Part shown: one piece after another, positions 9,715 through 19,326 of the stretch | How positions within the stretch are numbered: the stretch's first letter is position 1 | How the letters are laid out: each line of letters starts with the position of its first letter | Source of the DNA: Cyanobacteria bacterium auto_48_18 | GTDB taxonomy: Bacteria > Cyanobacteriota > Vampirovibrionia > Obscuribacterales > Obscuribacteraceae | DNA: 64,000 nt | Direction of reading: 5' to 3' | Assembly: GCA_036170915.1 (NCBI GenBank) | Contig: JAVHQC010000022.1 | Coordinates: 287,420 to 351,419, forward strand | Made by a program: the position numbers and the translations under genes | The notes under the pieces: generated by a model | What the model saw: only the letters and a program-made list of their open reading frames with translations | Database searches by the model: none | Told to the model about the DNA's origin: nothing

Positions 9715-10459
9715 TTGTCCACTTTCGCGCTTCATTATCGCATTGGTTACTGCAAACTAGGATTATCATTTGACTTCGATTCGCGATTCCGCAATGCCTG
9801 ATTTTCGGCCAGTTCAAGTAGCGCTTCAAGGGCCTGAAACTCCTGGATCATAAATGGCAAAGACTGGTCGCTATAGACGGAAGGGAAAAATTTTAAGTCG
9901 GCTAAGTCTGCTGGCTTTCTAATTTGTTCGTGTATAGAGCCAACAGGACACGTAGGTTTTTTTTGCCGCTTGAAGTGCGCGCCCGGATTGAAAACATAGC
10001 TTGCTTCGCTGACCACCACATGCTTAGAACATCTATCGCAAAGCCTGAGAGCTACGGTAAAGCAAATTGAATCATTCTTTTTTGACACAAAACAAACAAT
10101 GAGATTGCCTTGGAGAGACGATCCCTCAAGAGTTTTTCCAAATATCGGTAACGACGAGGATTCTCAACAGAAATTGGTCATAATTTTCAGGCATATTGCT
10201 AGCTGACGATCAAATCCGCCAGAACCCGCGATAATCACGTTGATCAACGACTATTACGTTTACGGTCGGGCTTTATTGTCTCTTATGAATCTGGCTTTGC
10301 ACCAATCGATTTTTATGATAGTGCTCTAACCAAGATTGGCAGTAGCAGTAGAGCTAATTTCAGATACTATTAGCTGTCTTGCTGGTCAGAAGCAGAGAAG
10401 GTGTCCCATATCAAACTCGTGATAGGTCGAGTGTGGCAGATAGATTTTGAGAATAACAA

Positions 10460-11635
10460 GTGACTATTCCGTTTAATAAAACTAGTTGTAGCGGTAGAGA
10501 GCAAGAGTACATTTCACAAGTAATTGCGCACGGGCACTTGTCCGGTGATGGTCCGTTCACCAAAAAGTGTCGAGAGTTGCTCCAATCGATCTTTGACTCG
10601 AAATCAGGTCTCTTGACGACATCCTGCACGCACGCTCTTGAGATGTCTGCATTGCTTCTCAATTTGCAGCCCGGTGATGAAGTAATTGTCCCTTCCTATA
10701 CTTTTGTTTCGACCGTTAACGCTTATGTTCTGCGTGGAGCAAAGCCAATTTTCGTCGATATCCGTCCCGACACTAAGAATTTAAACGAAAAACTCATCGA
10801 AAAAGTAATCACTAAAAATACGAAAGCTATTGTGCCAGTGCATTACGCCGGCGTTGGTTGTGAAATGGATCAAATATGCGCTTTGGCAAAAGAATATGGA
10901 CTTGCCGTCGTTGAAGATAATGCTCATGGATTTTTCGGTAAGTACAAAGGGCGGCTGCTTGGCAATTTTGGCGAGATGTCTACCTTAAGCTTTCACGAAA
11001 CCAAAAATATTCAATGCGGAGAAGGCGGTGCCTTAATCATCAACGATACCGACCTGTGCGAACGGGCTGAGATTATAAGAGAAAAGGGAACAAACAGGGC
11101 TCGATTCTTTCGTGGCCAAGTCGACAAATATAGCTGGGTGGACATCGGTTCGAGCTATCTGCCTTCAGAAATACTCGCCGCTTACTTATACGCTCAGCTT
11201 GAATCGCGCAACAAAATTCAAGAACGTCGTAAAACTCTTTGGCATACTTACTTTCACGAATTGGGAGATTGGGCTACAGAGAACTCGATTGAATTGCCTT
11301 ACATACCAGAATATTGCGACCAGTCGTATCACATGTTTTACATGATGCTGCCTAGTATGAGCGTGCGCCAACAATTGATTGATCATTTGAAGCAACACGA
11401 CATCTTGAGCGTGTTCCACTACTTACCATTGCATAGTTCTGAGATGGGACAGAAAATGGGTTATAAACTCGAAGATTGTCCGGTCTCCGAAAGGGTCAGT
11501 GAAGGGATTTTGAGACTGCCCTTCTTTGTTTCACTGACGGACGGTGAGCAGCAACAGATTATAGAAACAATCAAGACATTCCGTGTGTCGGGTCGACCAA
11601 GCTTACTTGATACGAAAGCTAGCCTACAGCTATAG
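10460..11635 (+). CDS. rffA: dTDP-4-amino-4,6-dideoxygalactose transaminase
   Basis: IPFNK, SGDGPFT, TTSCTHALEM, SFHETKN, EKGTNR..FFRGQVDKYSW, VFHYLPLH are typical of WecE/RffA. Confidence 0.9.
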   Translation: MTIPFNKTSCSGREQEYISQVIAHGHLSGDGPFTKKCRELLQSIFDSKSGLLTTSCTHALEMSALLLNLQPGDEVIVPSYTFVSTVNAYVLRGAKPIFVDIRPDTKNLNEKLIEKVITKNTKAIVPVHYAGVGCEMDQICALAKEYGLAVVEDNAHGFFGKYKGRLLGNFGEMSTLSFHETKNIQCGEGGALIINDTDLCERAEIIREKGTNRARFFRGQVDKYSWVDIGSSYLPSEILAAYLYAQLESRNKIQERRKTLWHTYFHELGDWATENSIELPYIPEYCDQSYHMFYMMLPSMSVRQQLIDHLKQHDILSVFHYLPLHSSEMGQKMGYKLEDCPVSERVSEGILRLPFFVSLTDGEQQQIIETIKTFRVSGRPSLLDTKASLQL

Positions 11636-11666
11636 CTCAGTCAATTCGGGGCCGCTGGAGAATAAG

Positions 11667-12902
11667 TTGCAACCTATCGACACATTTGACGTCTCTTTCG
11701 GCGGAAACTCGGAGAAGGTTCAAGCGCAAACAACACCAAAGGCAGTTGAAGGAAACGCCGTATATTTTGCCGGCTTAAATCAGCTACGCTGTTTTGCGGC
11801 CCTTGCTGTTGTTGTCCAGCATATAGAGCAATTTAAATCGGTCCTAGGTTATCCTAGCCTATTTGGAAATTTTACAATCGGGACGCTAGGATTGGATGGA
11901 GTCAGGCTTTTCTTCGTCATCAGCGGTTTCCTTATTACCTACTTGTTGTTCACCGAAATGGAGAAAACCGGCAGTATAAATATTACTAAATTCTACTTCC
12001 GACGAGCACTGCGGATCTGGCCCCTCTATTATCTAACCGTCTTTTTAGGCTTTTTTGTCGTTCCTCATATCTGGACAACCGAATTCGTCGCCTTGAGAAG
12101 CGCACTGTCACACAATTTCAACACAGAATTGATTATGTTCGCAGTATTCGTGCCTAATCTTTGTAGCATTATGTATCCACCCGTTATTTGCGCTGCACAG
12201 TGCTGGACTCTTGGGGTCGAAGAACAATTCTATGCAATCTGGCCCTGGCTAATTAAGTTTTCAAAGCGCGCTACCGTCTTTGGTATCATCGGCGCGGTGT
12301 TGATTAAATATGGTCTGATAGAAGCTATTCAACAGCTGTCAAGTTATGCACTCCCTATTCGTAGTCAGCATGGTATGGACATTGTCAGCGCAATATCAAT
12401 ATTCAAAACCTTTCTTGTTAGTTTCGATTTAGAGTCTCTGGCCATTGGCGGTTTGGCCGCTTATTATTTTCTGCACCATAAAAATTCAATGGGATTTGTC
12501 ATACAAAAGCCCATCTTCACCGTTCTGCTTTATTCATGTTTGGCAGTCAGTTTTACATGCAGTTATCCATTTCACGAACAAATTGCGACAGTGCTATTCG
12601 CCTTACTGGTTCTCTACAAGTGCATAACGGTCTCGTCAGAGTCACTGTTCAACAGATTATGCGAGCATATAGGTAAAACTTCGTACAGTTTGTACATGCT
12701 ACATCCCATATCGTTGCTACTGACGTTCTGGTTCCTTTCTGCAACTGGCTTGAAAAGTATAGGTGACTTACCGTTTGCAATCTGTTCATCATCACTGGGC
12801 ATCGCGTCCAGCTTAGCAGCCAGTCAGATCAGCTTTTATTGTTTTGAAAGCAATTTCCTTAAAATGAAAAAAAGGTTTGAAATTATTGCCACAAAAGTTT
12901 GA
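11667..12902 (+). CDS. acyltransferase family 3 (OafA/YrhL-like) O-acyltransferase
   Basis: LNQLRCFAA, FFVISGFLIT, FYFRRALRIWP, WTLGVEEQFY. TTG at 11667 follows a GGAG SD. Confidence 0.88.
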   Translation: MQPIDTFDVSFGGNSEKVQAQTTPKAVEGNAVYFAGLNQLRCFAALAVVVQHIEQFKSVLGYPSLFGNFTIGTLGLDGVRLFFVISGFLITYLLFTEMEKTGSINITKFYFRRALRIWPLYYLTVFLGFFVVPHIWTTEFVALRSALSHNFNTELIMFAVFVPNLCSIMYPPVICAAQCWTLGVEEQFYAIWPWLIKFSKRATVFGIIGAVLIKYGLIEAIQQLSSYALPIRSQHGMDIVSAISIFKTFLVSFDLESLAIGGLAAYYFLHHKNSMGFVIQKPIFTVLLYSCLAVSFTCSYPFHEQIATVLFALLVLYKCITVSSESLFNRLCEHIGKTSYSLYMLHPISLLLTFWFLSATGLKSIGDLPFAICSSSLGIASSLAASQISFYCFESNFLKMKKRFEIIATKV

Positions 12903-12933
12903 TACTTGTAAAAACTTTCGGCCATCTCTGGTG

Positions 12934-13890
12934 CTAATCGATTTTGTTTTTTTCTTGATGAATTTCTCGAACGATTGTATATGGACGCATTTTTGTTTCA
13001 ATAAAAATACGCGAAATGTATAAACCAAGAATGCCGATACTAAGTATGACCAGGCCGCCTAAAACCCACACCGAAGCCATTACTGAAATCCAACCCGGTA
13101 GGTTGTGACCACTGCACCATCGAACAAATAGAGCAACCGAAATCACTGTTGAAAGACAAAAAATTCCTGTTCCCAGGAAGAATACAAAGAAAAGAGGTCT
13201 TTCGCTAAACGACGTGATGCTGTCTAGCAGTGCCATGAGCCGAGAGCTAAAGCGGTAACTAGAGCCAGGGCGGGAGAGCTTTTCAAATTTTACTCCGGTT
13301 TGTTTGAAGCCGGTCTGAACCCACAACCCCCCGATAGCAGTTTTGTGCTCTTTGTGATGAATTAGTGCTTGGGTATAACGGTGTTTCATAAGACGAACTG
13401 TGCTGTGATTATGAGGAATTTTTATCGGAGATAATAGATCCAATAAAAGCCATGCAAAAGAGCCGCTAATTCGTTCAAAGAAGTCGCCTTTACGTTGTTC
13501 CTGATAACCATAAACTACATCCCATCCTTCGGCCAAAAGTTTGGAATAAAATTCGCCAAGCAACTCTGGTGGCTCTTCCAAGTCTACGTCTATTAGCAAC
13601 ACAATTTCACCGGCAGCATGCTCTAATGCTGTCATCATCGCTTTATGGTGGCCGAAGTTTCGAGAAAGCTCCACCACCTTAACTCTTGGTTCAATCGAAA
13701 CTAGATGCAAAGCCTTGTGCAACGAATCGTCCGGGGAACCGTCATCCACAAAAACTATTTCGAATTCTTCAGTTATTTTCTTGGCTTCCGCACAGATGCG
13801 CTCAAAGAATTCGTCTATGTACGGAGCTGAGTTATATAGCGTCGTGACGATAGATAATTTTAGAATTGGTTTGGCAGGATTGGTTATCAA
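12934..13890 (-). CDS. GT2 polyprenol-phosphate glycosyltransferase (ArnC/GtrB-like)
   Basis: VDDGSPD, LSRNFGHHKA, DVDLEEPP, two C-terminal TMs, GLYISRIF..K.RP.Y. Confidence 0.88.
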   Translation of the reverse strand: MITNPAKPILKLSIVTTLYNSAPYIDEFFERICAEAKKITEEFEIVFVDDGSPDDSLHKALHLVSIEPRVKVVELSRNFGHHKAMMTALEHAAGEIVLLIDVDLEEPPELLGEFYSKLLAEGWDVVYGYQEQRKGDFFERISGSFAWLLLDLLSPIKIPHNHSTVRLMKHRYTQALIHHKEHKTAIGGLWVQTGFKQTGVKFEKLSRPGSSYRFSSRLMALLDSITSFSERPLFFVFFLGTGIFCLSTVISVALFVRWCSGHNLPGWISVMASVWVLGGLVILSIGILGLYISRIFIETKMRPYTIVREIHQEKNKID

Positions 13891-14840
13891 TCTAATTCAA
13901 GGGTTGCTATCCCAAACCCCGATTTTCCGTACTCAGAACCACAATACAGAAGATAAACAATTCCATTGTGCTGGAAGACGCAAGGATATTCGATCATATC
14001 GGCGTCCCAGCCCGAGTCTGATACGTCGATGCCAGGATCCTGGCCCAACTGCTCCCAATCTAGGCCGTCCTTTGATTTCGCAATAAAAATGCGATACTTT
14101 GCGCCCCGACTGCAGTACCACATCCAGTAAGTATCGCCGTCTTTTAAAACTGTCGGTTTGCAAATTGCATATTCAGCGGGATAATCGGCAGTGATAACTA
14201 CTTTGTTGAGTCTAGCCCAGTGGATGCCATCTGACGAGTCGGCATATTTGAGTATATGCAGCATGTCTTGCTTCACTGGCCCCCATTTTAGATTGGAGCC
14301 ATACCACATACGGTACTTTCCGTTTTCAACCGTAACCCATGGATAGGAAATGGTAAATGGGTCGGTTGCGTCTAAGGGGAGAACTGGAAAAGTTGAATGC
14401 CGCACAAATGGTTGGTTAGGGCCGTCGCTGATTGCAAGGCCAAGAGCATTTTTCCAAGGAACTGTCACTGCCAAGTTCCAACCCATGTAATACAAGTATT
14501 TTTTTTCGCCAACAGGCACAACGCAGCCAATCGATGCTCCACAATCGTCAAACATTCCAAGTGCGCCTGGTCCCAGTACAGGCTCCTGCGCTTCGGATAT
14601 CACTGTCAGCGGATCTTTTAAGTCTATATCCACAGAACCGATACTTGACCGATTTTGATCATCGCGAGCACTGAAGTAAATCCGGTAAACATCATCATGC
14701 AAATGTTCAGCTGTAGGATTTGCAGCGTGTGTTCTGGCCCATTCTAATTTTCCCGATGGTTGATAGACATGACCCAGCTTTTTCCATCGATGGTGCGTCT
14801 GGATAGTTCCACTTTTTTTGCTCTTATCGCTTATTAGCAT
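13887..14840 (-). CDS. five-bladed beta-propeller glycoside hydrolase/phosphorylase-like protein (GH32/43/130-like)
   Basis: Repeated blade motifs (YLYYMG, YRMWYG, YWMWYC, YLLYCG; SSDGIHW, SKDGLDW); no signal peptide. ATG at 14840 preferred. Confidence 0.65.
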   Translation of the reverse strand: MLISDKSKKSGTIQTHHRWKKLGHVYQPSGKLEWARTHAANPTAEHLHDDVYRIYFSARDDQNRSSIGSVDIDLKDPLTVISEAQEPVLGPGALGMFDDCGASIGCVVPVGEKKYLYYMGWNLAVTVPWKNALGLAISDGPNQPFVRHSTFPVLPLDATDPFTISYPWVTVENGKYRMWYGSNLKWGPVKQDMLHILKYADSSDGIHWARLNKVVITADYPAEYAICKPTVLKDGDTYWMWYCSRGAKYRIFIAKSKDGLDWEQLGQDPGIDVSDSGWDADMIEYPCVFQHNGIVYLLYCGSEYGKSGFGIATLELD

Positions 14841-14860
14841 TAAACGTCCTTGAGACCTCT

Positions 14861-15904
14861 TCACGATTTGCCGTTTACAGCAGCCTGGCGAACTAATTTG
14901 TCGAGCCATGCATGCAGACTGATTCCTTCTTTAAGCGCAGCCTCTTGAGCTAATTTCTTTGCTTCAAGGCTCACTCCTTCCAGCTGCCCATAGAAGCGCG
15001 TTCGCATGGTGCCCCCGCGGCGTCCCTTATGCTCCAAATCTAAATTCAATGGTGGAGGGCCATCGCCTACCCGAAAATCAATCAGGTAGAAGCAGTTGCC
15101 TAGAAGCCAAGTAACATTCACATCACGCGCACATTCTGGTAAATGCTGCAATGGAGTTTTGTATTTGAATAGCGGATTGTTATTGCAGACGATTTCACCA
15201 AAAGTGGTGTTTTCTAGCCACGGTGGCACCGACTCGTCACCAATCACAATTTTGCCACCTTCTTTGACGATGCGCGAGAATTCAGCAAGGGTGCCCTTCG
15301 GATCTTCAAAATTGTTAAATCCGCCAAAGTGAAATATGGCGTCAAAATACTTATCTGGAAAAGGCAAATTGCGAGCGGTAGAAACAAAATAGTTTAATTC
15401 GCACGACAGTTTTAACTTCTCATAGTCGCGTTCAAGCCTGCTCTTGGTTATGGAAACCATGGCTCCTGAAAGATCTTGGAGAAAAAGTACACCCTGCTCG
15501 TTTAATTGCCTGGCGATTCGAAAAGAATCGCAACCTGTACCACAACCAATTTCCAGCACTCGGGAGTCTGGTTTCAGTTCCAAAGCTCTAACCATTTTTT
15601 CGCGAACTACTTCCTCATTTTCGTGAAAACTTTCAAAGAGCCAGTCCATGATGTTGTCATAAAATTCTTCTGTGTAATACTCTTCGTATTGATGTTTCGT
15701 TTCTAGTTCAATGGGTGACAGCTGGCCGCTTGATATGAAATGAGGCACTCCGTCCTTCAACTCATAGGAAAGTTCTTCGCCCGCTTTTGACAATGAGCTC
15801 AGACTGCCGGCGATTATGTCCTGCGTCTGTTCGCTCGCCGGCTCGAGAGTGAGCGGCGATTTGCTTATCGGACAAACATAAATTTCCATCAAAGACTTAT
15901 TCAT
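14861..15904 (-). CDS. class I SAM-dependent methyltransferase with Trm112-like N-terminus and RHH-like C-terminus
   Basis: YVCPISKSPL...DGVPHF; VLEIGCGTG; LPFPDKYFDAI; tail GVSLEAKKLAQEAALKEGISLHAWL. Confidence 0.8.
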   Translation of the reverse strand: MNKSLMEIYVCPISKSPLTLEPASEQTQDIIAGSLSSLSKAGEELSYELKDGVPHFISSGQLSPIELETKHQYEEYYTEEFYDNIMDWLFESFHENEEVVREKMVRALELKPDSRVLEIGCGTGCDSFRIARQLNEQGVLFLQDLSGAMVSITKSRLERDYEKLKLSCELNYFVSTARNLPFPDKYFDAIFHFGGFNNFEDPKGTLAEFSRIVKEGGKIVIGDESVPPWLENTTFGEIVCNNNPLFKYKTPLQHLPECARDVNVTWLLGNCFYLIDFRVGDGPPPLNLDLEHKGRRGGTMRTRFYGQLEGVSLEAKKLAQEAALKEGISLHAWLDKLVRQAAVNGKS

Positions 15905-15947
15905 CGAAACTTCCTTCTAAGTTTGATTTTCCTATTCTTGAAATGTG

Positions 15948-16625
15948 TCAAAAAGAACCGCTCAACATGGAGATAAATCTATCACTGGTCAGTGGTGCTT
16001 TTGCCGTTTGATTATTTAGAAAAACTTCTTTTGGCCCGGTGCTTTTCGTTATTAATGAATTGGCGCCGATAAAGTTTTCTTCGCCGATGATCACATCATT
16101 CGAAATCGAAGCGTTTATGCCGATGAAACTGAAGGGCATGATCTTGACGTGACCGGCCATGCATACATTTGACGTAATCCAGCAATGGTCAGAGACTATA
16201 GACTGGTCGCCGATCTGATTTGAACTCCAAATAGTGACATTATTTCCAATCTTAACATCGAAATTAATTGAGTTATTTTCTAGAATAAAACAGTTTTCGC
16301 CTACTTCCAGTTCATCGCCAAACTGAATAGTAGAACTTACGTAACTGGCAAGGGTATAGCCTTTTTCTTTGCATGCCATGTATTTGTCATATCGCAAGCG
16401 ATTGAGATTCTGGCTACCCAGAGGTACGAACAACTTGAATTGGTCAGGAGGAAAGAGTACTTGAACCTGGTCAAAGTCGACGACCGGTAAACCGCGATAT
16501 TCATCACAGTTCAGAAATTGTTTCTCCACAGTAAACGCACAAACTTGGTAATCACTATCTTTGCTCAAATAACGGTGGGCCACACTGGCACCACGCCCGG
16601 TGCCGAAGATAACAACTTTAAGCAT
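15948..16625 (-). CDS. NeuD/PglD-like sugar acetyltransferase (hexapeptide repeat)
   Basis: N-terminal VVIFGTG Rossmann-like start followed by left-handed beta-helix repeats (VGENCFI, IGNNVTI, IGEENFIGANS). Confidence 0.85.
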   Translation of the reverse strand: MLKVVIFGTGRGASVAHRYLSKDSDYQVCAFTVEKQFLNCDEYRGLPVVDFDQVQVLFPPDQFKLFVPLGSQNLNRLRYDKYMACKEKGYTLASYVSSTIQFGDELEVGENCFILENNSINFDVKIGNNVTIWSSNQIGDQSIVSDHCWITSNVCMAGHVKIMPFSFIGINASISNDVIIGEENFIGANSLITKSTGPKEVFLNNQTAKAPLTSDRFISMLSGSF

Positions 16626-18201
16626 AAACAGATTGCTCCATGTACTCAGTTTTCAATCGCTTTCTGTCTAGCTTACCGTTCGCATTTTTCGGTAGTTGAT
16701 TTAAAAAATGAAATTTAGTCGGAATCATGTAGTGAGGAATAAGGCTAGTTAAACGGTGCCTAATTTCCTTCTCGGTGACTGCGTCGTTATTCACCTTAAT
16801 AAAGCCAATGATATGGCTCAAGTTGCGGATCTCGCAATGGATTACAGCGCATTGATCGACGTTGTCAATGCAGCTGATAGCGTTTTCTATTTCTTCCAAT
16901 TCGATTCGGTATCCCATATGTTTTATCTGATTATCGGCTCTGCCTGAAATCCAAAATTTTTGATCCAGTTCGGTGAATTGGACAACATCTCCTGTACGGT
17001 AGACGATATCTCTGTAGCTGTTGTGTCGAGGATTTTGAATGAAACTAGCTTCGGTGCGTTCGGGATCATTGTAGTAACCCAATCCCACATTGGGTCCGCA
17101 TAACACTAATTCACCCAGAGCTCCATCTTTGACAGGTTTAAGCTCTGAGTCAACAATTACCGCATCGAAATTGGGAGCCATCGCACCAAGAGGCAAAAAG
17201 CCCTTCAAATCCGAAAAATCCGCTTCAGAGACCCTATAGGATGAGCAGATACACGTACATTCGGTAGGCCCGTAAACGTTGTAAAAGTTGATTTTGGCCT
17301 GGAACATATCAAATAATTCTTTTAATTTGGCTTTAGGATACCCTTCGCCTCCAAAGATAATTCGCCTGATATGGCTGAAACTGGTGGGGGTGAGCGCTCT
17401 CACGGTTTGCAGGAAGATCAACATTGAGGGCACCGAAAACCAGGATGTGCACTTAAATTTGTCGAGAAGGAACATCAGCTTTGCTGGGTCGCGCACTGTT
17501 TTTGCGTCAAACAATGCAAGCGAGGCGCCAGAAAACAGTGACGAATAGATATCAAAAACGGAATTATCGAAGAACAATGGATTAACACTGGTTAGAACAT
17601 CATCACTGGTGAAGCCGTAGGTTTGAATACTCCATTCGATCAGATTGAGAACATTCTGATGCGTCATTGTCGCGCCTTTGGGAAAGCCAGTTGAGCCTGA
17701 AGTGAACATTATGTAAGCAGGACAGCTCGACGTTATTGATTGAAGACGGGCGGCGGCGACCTCGTTGATTTCGGAATTTTTGAAATCGTTTATAACGCCG
17801 TTCACGATGTTGGTATCGATGGCTTCAATGCCCGTCTGCCGCATCCCATCAATTTGCTCGGGAGAACAGATAGTTAATCGGGGCTTACACTTTTCAAAAA
17901 TCTTAGAAAGCCTGGCTAGAGGCGTCTCTGGATCGAAGACACTATACAAAATGCCCGCTTTCAGCGCGCCAAGAATGCAAGTGATCGTCAAAACACTCTT
18001 GTTGCCAATAATGCACAGAACTTCGCCCTGCTCAAGCTTATTGGATAGAAGATAATAAGCAAATTGATCGGATTTTTGATCTAATTCTGCATAAGTGACC
18101 GTGTCACTTTCAGTATGAATAGCCGGTTTATCACCAAATCGGCGAGCAACATCCTTAAATTTTTGGGCCAAGTTGTAAAAATAAAATTGGTCAGTTGTCA
18201 T
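16618..18201 (-). CDS. stand-alone amino-acid adenylation enzyme (DltA-like carrier-protein ligase)
   Basis: YIMFTSGSTGFPKG, FDNSV, NVYGPTE, YRTGD, GRADNQIK..GYRIELEEIE, NGKLDR. Confidence 0.9.
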   Translation of the reverse strand: MTTDQFYFYNLAQKFKDVARRFGDKPAIHTESDTVTYAELDQKSDQFAYYLLSNKLEQGEVLCIIGNKSVLTITCILGALKAGILYSVFDPETPLARLSKIFEKCKPRLTICSPEQIDGMRQTGIEAIDTNIVNGVINDFKNSEINEVAAARLQSITSSCPAYIMFTSGSTGFPKGATMTHQNVLNLIEWSIQTYGFTSDDVLTSVNPLFFDNSVFDIYSSLFSGASLALFDAKTVRDPAKLMFLLDKFKCTSWFSVPSMLIFLQTVRALTPTSFSHIRRIIFGGEGYPKAKLKELFDMFQAKINFYNVYGPTECTCICSSYRVSEADFSDLKGFLPLGAMAPNFDAVIVDSELKPVKDGALGELVLCGPNVGLGYYNDPERTEASFIQNPRHNSYRDIVYRTGDVVQFTELDQKFWISGRADNQIKHMGYRIELEEIENAISCIDNVDQCAVIHCEIRNLSHIIGFIKVNNDAVTEKEIRHRLTSLIPHYMIPTKFHFLNQLPKNANGKLDRKRLKTEYMEQSVYA

Positions 18202-18947
18202 AGTATTAAGCCGCCATCAATCTCTAGAATTTTCCCGTTAAGAAATTCATTTTTTAGGCCTGCAATAACAAACACCGCAATTTCGGCTGCTGCTCCGAGT
18301 CGCTTCAGCGGTACTTTATTTACTGTTTCCATAAGAATTTTCTCGTTCATGACCAGATGAGTTGAGTCTGTATTGCAAAACCCTGGCGCTATACCAAAGC
18401 AGCGAATTCCCATAAGAGGTAACTCCTTTGCCCAGACTTTCGTAAGCGCTTCCAACCCAGCTTTAGCCGCAGCATAGGCAGATTGACCTGCGTTTCCGCG
18501 TGCAGATATTGAGCTAATATTTACAATAACGCCTTTTGTCCGTTTTCGAATCATGGCTTCCACAGTATGTTTGGTCATGTAAAAGGCAGATGTAAGATTT
18601 GTAGATATTACTTTTGCCCACATGAGAGAATCGTGGGAAACAAGGCCAGCACTACCGAATGAAATCAATGGAGCGCTAAAAAGAATTCCGACGTTGTTAA
18701 CAAGTGCGTCAATATGTCCAAGTTTTCCGGCTATCTCTTTTATCGTAGCGGCAACCTGATCTTCGTCGGTAACATCGCAAAGAAAAGAATAAAGACCATC
18801 TTGACTAGCCAGCGCATTAAGCGCCGATTGATCTGCGTCTAAAACGGCTACGACAGCTTTTTCTTTAAGCAATTGGTTAACGATTTCGAGACCCAGCCCG
18901 CGTGCGCCACCAGTGACGATACAAACTTTCCCGTCTAAAGAGAGCAT
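18198..18947 (-). CDS. SDR oxidoreductase, FabG (3-oxoacyl-ACP reductase)-like
   Basis: TGGARGLG, NNVG, NISS, GQSAYAAAK, APGF. Confidence 0.85.
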   Translation of the reverse strand: MLSLDGKVCIVTGGARGLGLEIVNQLLKEKAVVAVLDADQSALNALASQDGLYSFLCDVTDEDQVAATIKEIAGKLGHIDALVNNVGILFSAPLISFGSAGLVSHDSLMWAKVISTNLTSAFYMTKHTVEAMIRKRTKGVIVNISSISARGNAGQSAYAAAKAGLEALTKVWAKELPLMGIRCFGIAPGFCNTDSTHLVMNEKILMETVNKVPLKRLGAAAEIAVFVIAGLKNEFLNGKILEIDGGLIL

Positions 18948-19210
18948 TAGACGGACGATTTGCTGACGATCAGTTCTCTAATCGCGCCGATATTTTGCAT
19001 CGAAGAAATTTCATCAAACGTAAGAGCAAAATTGAATTCTTGCTCTATGGCGACGATTAATTCCATATGGCGCAATGAGTCCCAAAGGTCGACGTCATTC
19101 GTAGTTAGAGCATCGCTTGCGCCTGCCGGCAATTTGAAACACTCGTAAAAAACTTTGTCTAACCGGGCTAGGAGCGCCGTATCGGACGAATTTTCGGAGA
19201 AAGTCTGCAT
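18947..19210 (-). CDS. acyl/aminoacyl carrier protein
   Basis: 87 aa, acidic; WDSL phosphopantetheine site; LIVAIEQEF. Confidence 0.88.
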   Translation of the reverse strand: MQTFSENSSDTALLARLDKVFYECFKLPAGASDALTTNDVDLWDSLRHMELIVAIEQEFNFALTFDEISSMQNIGAIRELIVSKSSV

Positions 19211-19326
19211 TGATTAATCCACGCTGAAACGCATTGTAGGACCCAATTCTATCAAATTGCAGTATTTACTTGAAGCCAAAACGACACAATGTCACGAAAT
19301 CGTGCACATCTTACCCGTTCTGGCAG

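Noticed and set aside
9747..10088. 113-aa minus-strand ORF with a CxxC
   Set aside because: GTG start without an SD, an in-frame stop 26 codons upstream, and no recognisable family. It may be real or a relic but cannot be supported.
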